A stretch of 64,000 nt of DNA from IMG/VR virus record IMGVR_UViG_3300045988_106581; one strand, 5' to 3'. Under the pieces are notes generated by a model. That model did not search any database. It was not told where the DNA came from and worked only from the letters and a program-made list of their open reading frames with translations. Of this stretch, positions 29,095-38,680 are shown piece after piece. Made by a program: the position numbers and the translations under genes. Every line of letters starts with the position of its first letter. Within the stretch, counting starts at the first letter, position 1. This DNA is from a virus.

Positions 29095-29643
29095 ATGGCT
29101 ATGTATAAAACTAAGAAGGATGCAGCTTACGCATGGGTTCAGGAGTTCAATGCGATTCCTCAGAGCGTGATTGAAAAGCTCGCCAAGGTCGATTTGGAAG
29201 AGAATGGCGAAGGCATTACTGAAATCACGCCGCCGTCTTGTGGTGATCGTATCTATATCTTTAGCGGTGACCACTATGGTGAAAATGGTGAGATTCGGAG
29301 CTACAACGAAGATGATAACACTTACAGAATTTGTCTCGACGGCACTGGCGAGGAAGTTGATGTCAGAGAAGATGATTTTGAAGTCGAGCGTGACGACTTC
29401 TTTCCGATGTGGGGAACGATGTGGCAGTTTAGCGACGGTTGCGACAACTGGTGGCTTGAAAATCATCTTCAGGAAATGGCAGATTGTGGATTCCGTATCT
29501 ACGAGCAAGAGGATTTTGAGTACATTTTCGGCATTGATGGTTGTGGCTACGACTTTTATGAGGCTCATTGGATTCCGCTTTATGAAAAGCGTGGATTCCA
29601 TTGGGACGATGAGACTGTAAAGGAGATGGAAGAAAATGCGTAA
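29095..29643 (+). CDS. hypothetical acidic protein (182 aa)
   Basis: ORF track, with a GAGGAGAG SD. Confidence 0.55.
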   Translation: MAMYKTKKDAAYAWVQEFNAIPQSVIEKLAKVDLEENGEGITEITPPSCGDRIYIFSGDHYGENGEIRSYNEDDNTYRICLDGTGEEVDVREDDFEVERDDFFPMWGTMWQFSDGCDNWWLENHLQEMADCGFRIYEQEDFEYIFGIDGCGYDFYEAHWIPLYEKRGFHWDDETVKEMEENA

Positions 29644-29875
29644 GACGTTGCTTGAACGGCTTTTGGATGCCGGATATCCGAAAGCAGAAATTTATCATCA
29701 TATGTCTGACCTTTATGTTTTTGTAACACCGTTGACTACAAAAATTATTTCAGAATGGCGTGATGAAAATGGGTATACAATGAACTTGCATTGTGCAAAA
29801 TTCGTGGATCAGATTACGGGGAACATGATGTACGACTGTGCTTTTCAGTATTACGAGGTGGAAGAAAATGACTGA
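29636..29875 (+). CDS. hypothetical protein (79 aa)
   Basis: ORF track. Confidence 0.5.
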   Translation: MRKTLLERLLDAGYPKAEIYHHMSDLYVFVTPLTTKIISEWRDENGYTMNLHCAKFVDQITGNMMYDCAFQYYEVEEND

Positions 29876-30035
29876 TATGCAAGAAATGATGTGGGATGTT
29901 CTCTGTGAAATGTCAGGTGAAGATGTCGCAAGAGTATTTACCAACTATTATGGTAATCAGCTTTTGAGCAACGACTTCCATAAATTCCTTATTGACGAGG
30001 GATATATGGCTTCTGAAGAAGGGTGGGTTGGCTGA
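29868..30035 (+). CDS. hypothetical protein (55 aa)
   Basis: ATG within ORF 29838..30035. Confidence 0.45.
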   Translation: MTDMQEMMWDVLCEMSGEDVARVFTNYYGNQLLSNDFHKFLIDEGYMASEEGWVG

Positions 30036-30274
30036 TGATTATTGATTTGATTCTCGACCGTAAAGACGGAAGGCACTACAGCGCACACGATTTCTATATT
30101 GAAATCAGAAAATATGAACGTTTGGGTGTTGGCACTCACGGCGAGGATATTTCTATCGCAATGGATTACGGTGATAACCGTGATGTGCAGCGTGTTCTGT
30201 GTCAGTACATCCAGCGCAATGGATACCCGGCAGACATTGAGGACTACATAAGAAGTCAGATCTGGGTAGTGTGA
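30035..30274 (+). CDS. hypothetical protein (79 aa)
   Basis: TGATG overlap with the upstream gene. Confidence 0.5.
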   Translation: MIIDLILDRKDGRHYSAHDFYIEIRKYERLGVGTHGEDISIAMDYGDNRDVQRVLCQYIQRNGYPADIEDYIRSQIWVV

Positions 30275-30362
30275 GCAGCAGATGCTAGGTGATTAGCGGT
30301 ACTAGGGCAGATATAACCGCTACCAATGCAAAAGCATAAAAATATAAAAAGGAGCGACTGAT

Positions 30363-30578
30363 ATGGAAACAATGTACGACCGCATTAAGCGAATGGATAA
30401 GCATGAGCTTGCTGAGTTTATCTATGTTGTTTATCAAGCTGGTGTTAGAGATGGTGAACAAAATCTTTGTGATTCTCCTATGGGATTTTTTGGTTGTTGT
30501 TACTTCCTTAATGATAATGCAAAAATATGGATGCCGAATGATAAGCTCAAAGACCTTTATGATGCTTTTTATATCTAA
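30363..30578 (+). CDS. hypothetical protein (71 aa)
   Basis: AAAGGAGCGA SD. Confidence 0.5.
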   Translation: METMYDRIKRMDKHELAEFIYVVYQAGVRDGEQNLCDSPMGFFGCCYFLNDNAKIWMPNDKLKDLYDAFYI

Positions 30579-30604
30579 AATCATGCTTTTATGAGGTGAG
30601 AAAA

Positions 30605-30886
30605 ATGGAATCTACAATTACTTATAGTGTCCATGGTTGGGAAAACAAAAACAGCTGGGCCACATTTTCTAAGGATGGATATAAAACCAAAACTCGTGCG
30701 CTTCATAAGATGCAACGCATGATTGATGGCGGTTGTTTTGCAATGGTAAATCTCAGGGAAGAATCCGTTTATCTCAGAGACGAACACAATGACTTTTCTA
30801 CAAGCAGTGTGATTTATTCTTGGGACAACGAAAAAGGTTGGACTAAATGTGATGGAAAGGACGTGACAGAAGATGACCAACACTGA
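30605..30886 (+). CDS. hypothetical protein (93 aa)
   Basis: GAGGTGAG SD. Confidence 0.5.
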   Translation: MESTITYSVHGWENKNSWATFSKDGYKTKTRALHKMQRMIDGGCFAMVNLREESVYLRDEHNDFSTSSVIYSWDNEKGWTKCDGKDVTEDDQH

Positions 30887-31058
30887 AAAGAACATTATCC
30901 TTATGGCTCTTTCTTTCTATCGGCGTAAGCTGATGGATCAGAGTGTTTCATTCCTTAGAGCTGGCAATCACGAGGATGCAAAGCAGTCAACGATGGAAGC
31001 GGCCAACGTGAATGCATTGGTGATTAAGTTTACAAGAGAAAAGGAGCTTGCAATATGA
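30873..31058 (+). CDS. hypothetical protein (61 aa)
   Basis: ORF track. Confidence 0.45.
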   Translation: MTNTEKNIILMALSFYRRKLMDQSVSFLRAGNHEDAKQSTMEAANVNALVIKFTREKELAI

Positions 31059-31522
31059 ATAGCGAAAATAAGATTATTGTGACCAGCTGGAATGGAAAGT
31101 CCTGGAAGATGACGCCTGAACAGATTGAGGCGGCATACCGTTATAGAGAATTTCAGTATCGTATCAGCGATGCAAAAAATCAGATTGAACTTAATATTGA
31201 TTTGATTGAAGCAAAATATGGTTATTCCTACGATGAAGCGATTGAGTATGCAGAAGAATTAGCAGAGTGCTTTAATGAAAATTTTGATTGTGATGTACCT
31301 GAAAACGATGCGTGGAGCAACTGTATCGAAGAAGTATTTAGCTCTCTTGATAGAGTAGGAAAGATTAAACAAAAGTTGGAACGTAATGGATATTGGATTG
31401 ATGAACTTGAAAGTTCTGATGGTGATATTCGTATTTGTTCTAATTTGAGTAGTCTTCCGATGTATTTTGATTCGTGGAAGGAAATTAAAGAATGGATTGA
31501 TGAGGTGGCAGAAATTGACTGA
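31055..31522 (+). CDS. hypothetical acidic protein (155 aa)
   Basis: ORF track. Confidence 0.5.
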   Translation: MNSENKIIVTSWNGKSWKMTPEQIEAAYRYREFQYRISDAKNQIELNIDLIEAKYGYSYDEAIEYAEELAECFNENFDCDVPENDAWSNCIEEVFSSLDRVGKIKQKLERNGYWIDELESSDGDIRICSNLSSLPMYFDSWKEIKEWIDEVAEID

Positions 31523-31751
31523 TCCTTGCCGTTACTGTGTGGCACCTGATCGTTATCCTGGTTGCCACGATCATTGTGAGAAACTAAAAGCCCATCGTGA
31601 AAGTGACGAGTATAAGAAGCTGTGTGAATACAAGAATACATACCTAAAAAGCCATTCGACAGCAAGTTCTTCCCAGATTAACAAAGCGATGCGGTATTTC
31701 AAATATAAAGGTTATAGCCTTTATGGATTCAAGAATGTTGGGAGTGTGTAA
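31467..31751 (+). CDS. hypothetical Cys/His-rich protein (start uncertain, possibly the TTG at 31516)
   Basis: ORF track. Contains CRYC...CHDHC. Confidence 0.4.
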   Translation: MIRGRKLKNGLMRWQKLTDPCRYCVAPDRYPGCHDHCEKLKAHRESDEYKKLCEYKNTYLKSHSTASSSQINKAMRYFKYKGYSLYGFKNVGSV

Positions 31752-31752
31752 A

Positions 31753-31974
31753 ATGTGGGATTTAGTTGAAAATGAATATTCTAAAAAATATGGAATTGGG
31801 TGCGCAACCTTTTTTCGTGACAAACAATTAAAAACAGCAATGGTTATGTATAAATATAATGGCCGTAGCGTTATGTTTTGCTATTCCGAGTATGATAATA
31901 AGATTCTATCTGACGGTGATAAAGACGAAATTGAGATGACAATTAAAATGAAACTCAACTTTTGGAAGGATTAA
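31753..31974 (+). CDS. MWDL-family paralog 1
   Basis: MWDLVENEYSKKYGIG... Four tandem genes share this N-terminus. Confidence 0.55.
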   Translation: MWDLVENEYSKKYGIGCATFFRDKQLKTAMVMYKYNGRSVMFCYSEYDNKILSDGDKDEIEMTIKMKLNFWKD

Positions 31975-31976
31975 CT

Positions 31977-32207
31977 ATGTGGGATTTAATTGAAGATGAA
32001 TACTCTGAAGAATATAAAATCGGAAGAGCAAAGTTCAAGAACAAACAAACAGGTCATTACTTCACAATCATGTATATGGTATTTAGTTTTTATGTTTCTT
32101 TTTATTATCCAGAGTATTCTTTCTTTTTTGTTCTTCCTACCGCAAGAGATAAAGAAGAAATGAAAGAAATTATTATTTTAAGACACTCTAAAACTTTGGA
32201 GGATTAA
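31977..32207 (+). CDS. MWDL-family paralog 2
   Basis: MWDLIEDEYSEEYKIG... Confidence 0.55.
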   Translation: MWDLIEDEYSEEYKIGRAKFKNKQTGHYFTIMYMVFSFYVSFYYPEYSFFFVLPTARDKEEMKEIIILRHSKTLED

Positions 32208-32209
32208 CT

Positions 32210-32446
32210 ATGTGGGATTTAATGGGTAACAATTATTCAGAAGTATACGGTATTGGATATGCTTTACTGAATGGAATTTCAGCTGGATTTTATGTGAGTG
32301 TCATGTACAAGGATCTTGGAGATAAAATTCACTTCTATTATCTTGATAATGCTCCTTACGGAGAACTCGATGATAATACCAAAAATAAAATTGAAGATAT
32401 TATCCGTGATAACCTTAACAAGCGTCATATTTTTGGGGAGGACTGA
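32210..32446 (+). CDS. MWDL-family paralog 3
   Basis: MWDLMGNNYSEVYGIG... Confidence 0.55.
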   Translation: MWDLMGNNYSEVYGIGYALLNGISAGFYVSVMYKDLGDKIHFYYLDNAPYGELDDNTKNKIEDIIRDNLNKRHIFGED

Positions 32447-32448
32447 TC

Positions 32449-32697
32449 ATGTGGGATCTGAGGGAAGTTCACGCTTGTTTTGATGGTGAAGGTTGGGTAT
32501 GGAATGAATCTTTTCATCACAAGAATGTGTTCGTAGGAGAGAATGAAGATCCGAAAGAAATCTTTTGGCAGGAATGTCAGATATTCTTTCTTCAGGATTA
32601 TCTAAACAAGTGTGAAATCGTGGATGATGGCGATATTCTGGAACTTCAATTGAAAGGTTCTGGTGAGCCGGTTCTTGCTATGGTGATTGCAGAGTAA
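32449..32697 (+). CDS. MWDL-family paralog 4 (divergent)
   Basis: MWDLREVHACFDGEG... Confidence 0.5.
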   Translation: MWDLREVHACFDGEGWVWNESFHHKNVFVGENEDPKEIFWQECQIFFLQDYLNKCEIVDDGDILELQLKGSGEPVLAMVIAE

Positions 32698-32710
32698 AGG
32701 AGAATGAGTT

Positions 32711-33031
32711 ATGAAAATTCACCCTAAATATATTGATGTTTTGGAATCGCTGGATTGGCGCGTATGTGACTATACAGGTGATGGCAGAGTTGAAATTGAA
32801 AATTATTCTCCAGCAGGAGAGGACTTAATCGTTTGTGTGGAGGTTGAAAATTTTCCTGAATCAGTTTATGAGTATGCCTGTGATTTTGATGCTGATGAGC
32901 ACGCAGAGATGTGGGTGGGGCATCGTGGTAAAGGCGGTTGTCCTTCTAGTGTCAGAGAACTTATTGACGACGCTGATGCTATTAAAGAAATGTTGAAAGA
33001 ATTAGCTAATAGACTTATGGAGGTGGAATAA
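32711..33031 (+). CDS. hypothetical acidic protein (106 aa)
   Basis: ORF track, with an AAGGAGAA SD. Confidence 0.5.
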   Translation: MKIHPKYIDVLESLDWRVCDYTGDGRVEIENYSPAGEDLIVCVEVENFPESVYEYACDFDADEHAEMWVGHRGKGGCPSSVRELIDDADAIKEMLKELANRLMEVE

Positions 33032-33034
33032 ATT

Positions 33035-33307
33035 ATGACTCGTTTTTATCTTAATGCGGGTGCTCTTGGCCGTTGGATGCACCAGAATAAAGCACAACAC
33101 GCTGGTGCTTATGTCGAAGGTGTTTTGGTTGATAGTTTTGTTGTTGAAACAAAGCGTGGTGTTGCAGCTATCTATGAACACGCTCTGAATGAGTGGACCA
33201 GTAACTATTATGTTGAGTTCACCGATTATAAGAACGGTTTTAAGAACGGAGAGGTCGATAAGATTTGGTCTGATTGGTACGCTTTTGAAGAAAAGGCTAG
33301 TGCATAA
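33035..33307 (+). CDS. hypothetical protein (90 aa)
   Basis: ORF track. Confidence 0.5.
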   Translation: MTRFYLNAGALGRWMHQNKAQHAGAYVEGVLVDSFVVETKRGVAAIYEHALNEWTSNYYVEFTDYKNGFKNGEVDKIWSDWYAFEEKASA

Positions 33308-33314
33308 GAGGTGA

Positions 33315-33506
33315 ATGTCTATGAATGATGTTGAAAAGATTATCAATGCCTTGAAGGACGAATATTCTTATTGCCAAGATATTGCTTACACTGCACTAAA
33401 AGAAAGCGATGAAGAGAGAATGACATGGTATTATGGCAAAGCAAACGGAATTAAAAAGTCTATTGAAATAATCGAAAAAATGAAGAATTACGGAATCATT
33501 TTGTAA
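33315..33506 (+). CDS. hypothetical protein (63 aa)
   Basis: ORF track. Confidence 0.45.
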   Translation: MSMNDVEKIINALKDEYSYCQDIAYTALKESDEERMTWYYGKANGIKKSIEIIEKMKNYGIIL

Positions 33507-33522
33507 AAGGGAGATTTTAGAT

Positions 33523-34377
33523 ATGAAAAACCTGTATTGCTACGACAATGAAATCATAAAGTGGATCTACGGTGATAATCTGTATTGTTTGCATATCCAG
33601 CACGATGATGAAGCAGATAATAATCCTCGTTGGTGGGATGACCATGATTCCACAATGGCCTGTTTCCATTCTCGATACAATCTGGGTGATAAGATTGATG
33701 CAAAAACACCGGAAGAGTTTTGGAATGACCTGGTTTACAAGTATTGCTCTGATGAAGAAATTCTGGATGCACTTTTTAACATGAAACTGGAAGAATCCTG
33801 TGTGGTTATTGACAACGATAACAGTAGTATTGAAGAAACTCGTTATGCGATTTGTTGTCGTGAAGATCAAGCCAATCCTTGGGATAGTAATTTGAAATAC
33901 AATGAAATTGCGACGTATGCTCATGGTGATTTTTCTATTCGTGATTGTCAGATTCTTCTTGATAAGCATATTGCATGGCTTCCTCTTTGGCTGCATGACC
34001 ATTCTGGCTTGTCTATGGATTGTGATACACGGTTCAGAGGTTCGTGGGACGATAGCAATGTTGGTTGGATTGTAACCGCTATTACGGATGGTTCGGATAA
34101 TACCAAAAATGAGGCAGAACGAATCATGCGTGATGAGGTAAAGACTTATAGCGATTATCTTTCCGGTGAGAATTACGGCTATATGCTTTACAAAGAAGAT
34201 CACGGAGAATGGAAGGAGATTGACAAAGCATTCGGATTCATCGGTTCCGATGTACTTGAAAACGGTATCATATACAGCGCTGGTTGTGGCCTTGAAAAAG
34301 CATTAAAGGAAGATCGGTGCCGTATTGGTGATGCAGAGAAGGTTTTGACCGTTACTTATAATTTTGATAAGGTATAA
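33523..34377 (+). CDS. conserved hypothetical protein (284 aa)
   Basis: ORF track. Contains HSRYNLGD and HDHSGLSM...WDDSNVGW, motifs recalled from plasmid and phage proteins of unknown function. Confidence 0.55.
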   Translation: MKNLYCYDNEIIKWIYGDNLYCLHIQHDDEADNNPRWWDDHDSTMACFHSRYNLGDKIDAKTPEEFWNDLVYKYCSDEEILDALFNMKLEESCVVIDNDNSSIEETRYAICCREDQANPWDSNLKYNEIATYAHGDFSIRDCQILLDKHIAWLPLWLHDHSGLSMDCDTRFRGSWDDSNVGWIVTAITDGSDNTKNEAERIMRDEVKTYSDYLSGENYGYMLYKEDHGEWKEIDKAFGFIGSDVLENGIIYSAGCGLEKALKEDRCRIGDAEKVLTVTYNFDKV

Positions 34378-34380
34378 ATT

Positions 34381-34599
34381 ATGACATATATTAGAGAGAT
34401 TGATGGAAAATGGTATGCTTTTGCAGCAAACACCGATAACGGTCAGGTCTATTCTATCGGAAAAGATAATCCGAAAGATGGGCAGTGGTTTGCAGGTTTA
34501 ACTGATAGTGGAATCAAGTACGTTGCTTCTCCTTGCCCTTCTCGTAAGGCAGCTTACATGAGAGCGATGAGAAACGGTTCATACGGCGGAGTGCTGTAA
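34381..34599 (+). CDS. hypothetical protein (72 aa)
   Basis: ORF track. Confidence 0.5.
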   Translation: MTYIREIDGKWYAFAANTDNGQVYSIGKDNPKDGQWFAGLTDSGIKYVASPCPSRKAAYMRAMRNGSYGGVL

Positions 34600-34626
34600 A
34601 AGTTGAATTTTAGGAGGAAAATAAAG

Positions 34627-35121
34627 ATGGATGACAACATGATGGAACGTCAGATTGCTGATTATATGGTAGAGTATGGCACTAAGAATACAAATTATGG
34701 CACATGGGTGTTTGAGGTTGATGAACTGGCGAAAAAGTTCAATATTACAGAGAAATGGATTCAGGAACATGAAGATGGTATTATGTCTGAGCTGTATCTC
34801 AGAGAAGAAGTGGCTGACGTTGAACGTGAATTAAGCGGCAATGATATGACTATCACACTTTTTGATGTGAATTTCTACACCGACTATTGCCCTAACTATA
34901 TTGAAGACGAACAGGAAAAGGATGATGGCGTAGATCAATATTGGTTTGCAGAAACTCGTTGGTGTACCGATGATATTATCGGTATTGCAAAAGGCAATGG
35001 AATTGAAATGACTCCGCAGCAAGCAGAACAGTGGTGGAAAAAGAATGAAAACTGGTTCAAAAATGCTCTTGTTGAATATGGCAATGAAGTGCTAGAAAAT
35101 GTAAATTTTGATGAGGTATAA
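34627..35121 (+). CDS. hypothetical protein (164 aa)
   Basis: TAGGAGGAAA SD before the ATG at 34627. Confidence 0.5.
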   Translation: MDDNMMERQIADYMVEYGTKNTNYGTWVFEVDELAKKFNITEKWIQEHEDGIMSELYLREEVADVERELSGNDMTITLFDVNFYTDYCPNYIEDEQEKDDGVDQYWFAETRWCTDDIIGIAKGNGIEMTPQQAEQWWKKNENWFKNALVEYGNEVLENVNFDEV

Positions 35122-35124
35122 AAC

Positions 35125-35295
35125 ATGAAAATGAATATTGATATTGATATTGAACGTGTTGGAAGTGGTTTGTTTAACGTCTATATCAGTGATAATGGAA
35201 ACTCTGGTGCCGAATACAAAAATGTAGATTGCGATCAAATTGGTGAGTATGTAGCAGATTTGATTGATTGTTTGGAAGAAAGTTATGAGGTGTAA
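35125..35295 (+). CDS. hypothetical small protein (56 aa)
   Basis: Below the ORF-track cutoff. It fills the gap between neighbours. Confidence 0.4.
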   Translation: MKMNIDIDIERVGSGLFNVYISDNGNSGAEYKNVDCDQIGEYVADLIDCLEESYEV

Positions 35296-35298
35296 GGT

Positions 35299-35634
35299 AT
35301 GAATTATGATAATGGACCTTGCTGGTTGTGTATTGAGAAATCTTGTAAGAATTGTCCATGCGCTGTTGCGGAAGCATATGAAAATACATATTTAGATGCA
35401 CAGTGGATGCAGAAGTTAAGTTGGAATAAAGATGATTGCGATAAATTTGTTGAGCGTCTTTGGAAAGAAAACACAGATATCGCATGGACCGAAAATGAAC
35501 GTGGAGAATTAGTTCTTGATCAAAATTGGAGAGGCTTTCCCGTTGGCAGTTTCACACAGGATGATTGGTTCCGTTGGGTGGATGAGTTCCATAGTAAGGG
35601 TGTCGGTTGGGTTTATGAGAACATGAGTGCATGA
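35299..35634 (+). CDS. hypothetical protein (111 aa)
   Basis: ORF track. Confidence 0.5.
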   Translation: MNYDNGPCWLCIEKSCKNCPCAVAEAYENTYLDAQWMQKLSWNKDDCDKFVERLWKENTDIAWTENERGELVLDQNWRGFPVGSFTQDDWFRWVDEFHSKGVGWVYENMSA

Positions 35635-35647
35635 AAGGAAGAATATT

Positions 35648-35881
35648 ATGTGGTGTGTTATTGAGTGTAGTTGTGACGGTGAAATTTTTGAGCCTGATTT
35701 CTTCGATAGTAAAGAAGAAGCGGCAGAATTTATCAAGGATGATGTAACTGAATGCTATGAAAATGTTAGTGATTTACCAGAAGCTAATATTTTTATTGAA
35801 TCTGATGGACTTTCTGCCACAGTGAATACAGACGAATACAGCTGGGGCTGGAAAGCGTTTGATATTTCTGACAAAATTTAA
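35648..35881 (+). CDS. WCVIECS-family paralog A
   Basis: MWCVIECSCDGEIFEPDFFDSKEEAAEFIKDD... A paralog lies at 37636. Confidence 0.5.
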   Translation: MWCVIECSCDGEIFEPDFFDSKEEAAEFIKDDVTECYENVSDLPEANIFIESDGLSATVNTDEYSWGWKAFDISDKI

Positions 35882-35896
35882 AAGGAGAGTTTTATT

Positions 35897-36400
35897 ATGG
35901 TTACATACAAAATGGTTTCGCTCTATGAGAAGTACAAAACTGAATGGATGCTTGAACACGATATTACCATGGATGAGTTTATTCGAGAGCTTGATAATTT
36001 TCGTATCGAACGAGAACAGGACGGCGTTGAGTTTAACAGTATTGAAGATGTTGTAAACAGCTTTGAAGCTGACAGCAACGGCTTTGATGGTGAAATCTGG
36101 GCTTGCTATGACGAATGGCAAGACAATGAATTTTTTGAAGAACTGTGCGATCGTGTTCGTGATAAGGTTTGTATTGACTGGGGAGAAGAAGCGGAAAACC
36201 TTGTGTTTCATACCCCTGTTGATGGTCATGAAAACGTTGTGCTTTCTCCTGACGAAAATCATGACGATTGGGGAGAAATTGTTGCGGAGTTCATTCTTTA
36301 CGGCGACTATACAACAAATGAAAAGGACGAAAGCGAGAAGTTCCGCTCTGTTCTCATTACGTGGCTTTGGCTGAATGATGAGAAAGGAAACGCTTATTGA
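35897..36400 (+). CDS. hypothetical acidic protein (167 aa)
   Basis: ORF track. Confidence 0.5.
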   Translation: MVTYKMVSLYEKYKTEWMLEHDITMDEFIRELDNFRIEREQDGVEFNSIEDVVNSFEADSNGFDGEIWACYDEWQDNEFFEELCDRVRDKVCIDWGEEAENLVFHTPVDGHENVVLSPDENHDDWGEIVAEFILYGDYTTNEKDESEKFRSVLITWLWLNDEKGNAY

Positions 36401-36573
36401 TGTATTACCATCTTGAATATTCCGTTAAACACTTTATGTACGGCGATACATACAGAGGGCATGAAATCTATCCCACAAAAGAGCTGCGCGATGCGGAACT
36501 TGACTGGATGAAAACGTGTTACAGCAAGCCGACAGAGCTTGTCTATACAACGTATGAAACCGAAACACTTTGA
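36400..36573 (+). CDS. hypothetical small protein (57 aa)
   Basis: TGATG overlap. Below the ORF-track cutoff. Confidence 0.4.
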   Translation: MYYHLEYSVKHFMYGDTYRGHEIYPTKELRDAELDWMKTCYSKPTELVYTTYETETL

Positions 36574-36604
36574 AGATAAGATAATAATATAAAGGAGAAT
36601 AAAT

Positions 36605-36919
36605 ATGAGTAATTTGAAATATAGCTGGAAATACGGGGAAAACGAATATCAAAAATATTACGATGTTTATATTGGAAAAGATTATCTTTGTGTCTGGCAA
36701 AACAAATGGGAACCTGATATTTGGATGGGGATGTCCCGTGATAAAACGATTCATAACAAAACAAAGAATAATAAATATCGTCGCAAAGAAAAACTTCCCT
36801 TGAATACACATTGGAGCGAACTGCGATGTGACACTATTCTTTGTAGTATTGATCCTGTTTATATGATGAAGAAAGTCGAATATTGTTATCGTCATAATAT
36901 TGATGAAATTTCAGAATAA
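36605..36919 (+). CDS. hypothetical protein (104 aa)
   Basis: ORF track, with an AAAGGAGAA SD. Confidence 0.5.
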   Translation: MSNLKYSWKYGENEYQKYYDVYIGKDYLCVWQNKWEPDIWMGMSRDKTIHNKTKNNKYRRKEKLPLNTHWSELRCDTILCSIDPVYMMKKVEYCYRHNIDEISE

Positions 36920-36931
36920 GGAGAACGAATA

Positions 36932-37117
36932 ATGAGATATGACACTCAATCAATGGCGAAAATACTTTGCAGAGTGGCAAATGTTGAATACAGTCCCGAC
37001 TTGGAAGAACTTTTATATCATTTGGATATCCAAGCACAGAATCCTAACAATGCAGATTTTAGACGTAATGGACTTGCTATTATTGCCAAGGCTTGCGAGA
37101 ATTTAGAGAATAAATAA
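36932..37117 (+). CDS. hypothetical protein (61 aa)
   Basis: ORF track. Confidence 0.45.
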   Translation: MRYDTQSMAKILCRVANVEYSPDLEELLYHLDIQAQNPNNADFRRNGLAIIAKACENLENK

Positions 37118-37133
37118 AATCGAGGTTTTAAAA

Positions 37134-37379
37134 ATGTGGACTTTTAATAGAATTTATCTTCGGGAAAGTTGTATTTTGCTTGTTGAGGAGGACGGAGAAA
37201 AGAGTGCAATCACAACAAGTGCATATGACTTAATAAAAATGTACAATAACGGTGAGAGCGAATGTCCTGGTGATAACACAAAGGTTATTTATTGCTCGAT
37301 TTTTAATGTAAAAATGAAATGTAAAACGTTCAAAGAACTTATGGATATGCTTGAGAAAATTGTAGCTGATTGTTGTTGA
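37134..37379 (+). CDS. hypothetical protein (81 aa)
   Basis: ORF track. Confidence 0.45.
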   Translation: MWTFNRIYLRESCILLVEEDGEKSAITTSAYDLIKMYNNGESECPGDNTKVIYCSIFNVKMKCKTFKELMDMLEKIVADCC

Positions 37380-37389
37380 GGTTTTAGAT

Positions 37390-37623
37390 ATGGAAAATAA
37401 AGCAGTGGTTGTTGTTTATGACGATACGATGTGTAATGGTCCTTACCGTGTAGAACACAAAACAATGGAAGATGCGGTAGAGTCTGTTAATAATGATTTT
37501 GAAAGCATGATGAAAGAACTGCGAGATGAAGGCTATGAACCTGAATGGATACGTGACGGCCATCATATGCTTGAGGTTTATGTTCCGAATACGTCTATTA
37601 ACGCATGGTGGGATTTTGAGTAA
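37390..37623 (+). CDS. hypothetical protein (77 aa)
   Basis: ORF track. Confidence 0.45.
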   Translation: MENKAVVVVYDDTMCNGPYRVEHKTMEDAVESVNNDFESMMKELRDEGYEPEWIRDGHHMLEVYVPNTSINAWWDFE

Positions 37624-37635
37624 GGAGATTTGAAA

Positions 37636-37905
37636 ATGGAACTGTGCGATGAGATTTGGTGCGTTATTGAATGCAGTGTTGACGGCGCAGCATTTGAGCC
37701 GGAGTTTTTTAAGAGTGAACAGGCGGCGAAGGATTTCATAAAAAGAGATGCAGAGGAGTGCATGGAAACTTATTCTGGTTATCAGGATTTTCAGATCGCA
37801 TTTGACCCAGAAGGAATGGTTGCGTTGGTCGGTAACAAAGATATGAGTTGGACTTGGCAGGGATTTAAAGTGACTCGTAAGATTGAAAATTTATGTGAGG
37901 AATAA
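37636..37905 (+). CDS. WCVIECS-family paralog B
   Basis: MELCDEIWCVIECSVDGAAFEPEFFKSEQAAKDFIKRD... Confidence 0.5.
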   Translation: MELCDEIWCVIECSVDGAAFEPEFFKSEQAAKDFIKRDAEECMETYSGYQDFQIAFDPEGMVALVGNKDMSWTWQGFKVTRKIENLCEE

Positions 37906-37907
37906 AT

Positions 37908-38120
37908 ATGAGTATGAATATCAATGAGATTAAGGATTTTGAGCAGAAGATGATTGATAGTGCATTTATTGATGCTGTTGATTATGATCCGAAGGTGGCT
38001 GCACGAGCTGTTGGAGCACGCAAGATGAAAATGAAGGGCGTGTGCTCCTTTAATGAGTACATTAGTTATTTGCAGACCATTACCGACAATGCAAAGTTGT
38101 TCTGGAAGTATCAGTTTTGA
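37908..38120 (+). CDS. hypothetical protein (70 aa)
   Basis: ORF track. Confidence 0.45.
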   Translation: MSMNINEIKDFEQKMIDSAFIDAVDYDPKVAARAVGARKMKMKGVCSFNEYISYLQTITDNAKLFWKYQF

Positions 38121-38129
38121 GGTGACGAT

Positions 38130-38291
38130 ATGGATAAATTGGATGAAATTATAAAAATCTTTGAGAGTGAACGAAAATACTACGAGGATCTTTATGAACG
38201 TGCCTATACATCGGAAGAAGAAAATTACTATGGTGGTATTGTGAATGCGCTAGAATGGGCTATTCGTGTTATTGATTTGCGACGTTCTTGA
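38130..38291 (+). CDS. hypothetical small protein (53 aa)
   Basis: GAGGTGA SD. Below the ORF-track cutoff. Confidence 0.4.
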   Translation: MDKLDEIIKIFESERKYYEDLYERAYTSEEENYYGGIVNALEWAIRVIDLRRS

Positions 38292-38320
38292 TAAAACAGT
38301 TCTTTTAGGATGGAGCTAAT

Positions 38321-38680
38321 ATGCATGACTATTTGAAAAATACTCTCGTAGAACAGTACGGATTAAACATCACAAGCGAATATGATGACCATAAAACGTA
38401 TCAGATTGAGGCCGAGAATAAACTAATTGTAGCGTTTATCTCGTCTCCATTTGATAAGATTTTAAAGTGGCAGGTAAGATTCTCAACAGTTGCCGCTTTT
38501 GATCGGTGGTCTAACTCGAGTGCTGTATGGAAAGAATTCGATACAGAAGCTAATGTCATCAATTATCTTAAAAAAGAGATGTTTGAAATTTACGTAGAAC
38601 TTTTAAAATATTTGTCTGATGAGTATAAAGAACTTTGGAATTTATTGGATGAGATGGAAGCGGAGGAATATAAAAAATGA
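38321..38680 (+). CDS. hypothetical protein (119 aa)
   Basis: ORF track. Confidence 0.5.
   Translation: MHDYLKNTLVEQYGLNITSEYDDHKTYQIEAENKLIVAFISSPFDKILKWQVRFSTVAAFDRWSNSSAVWKEFDTEANVINYLKKEMFEIYVELLKYLSDEYKELWNLLDEMEAEEYKK

Noticed and set aside
28890-29108. An in-frame TGA (28890-28892) linking ORF 28476..28892 to ORF 28914..29108, as possible TGA readthrough.
   Set aside because: No suppressor tRNA(TCA) was seen. TGA is a common terminator here. ORF 28914..29108 also contains the 21-nt motif copy 4 and is probably not coding.
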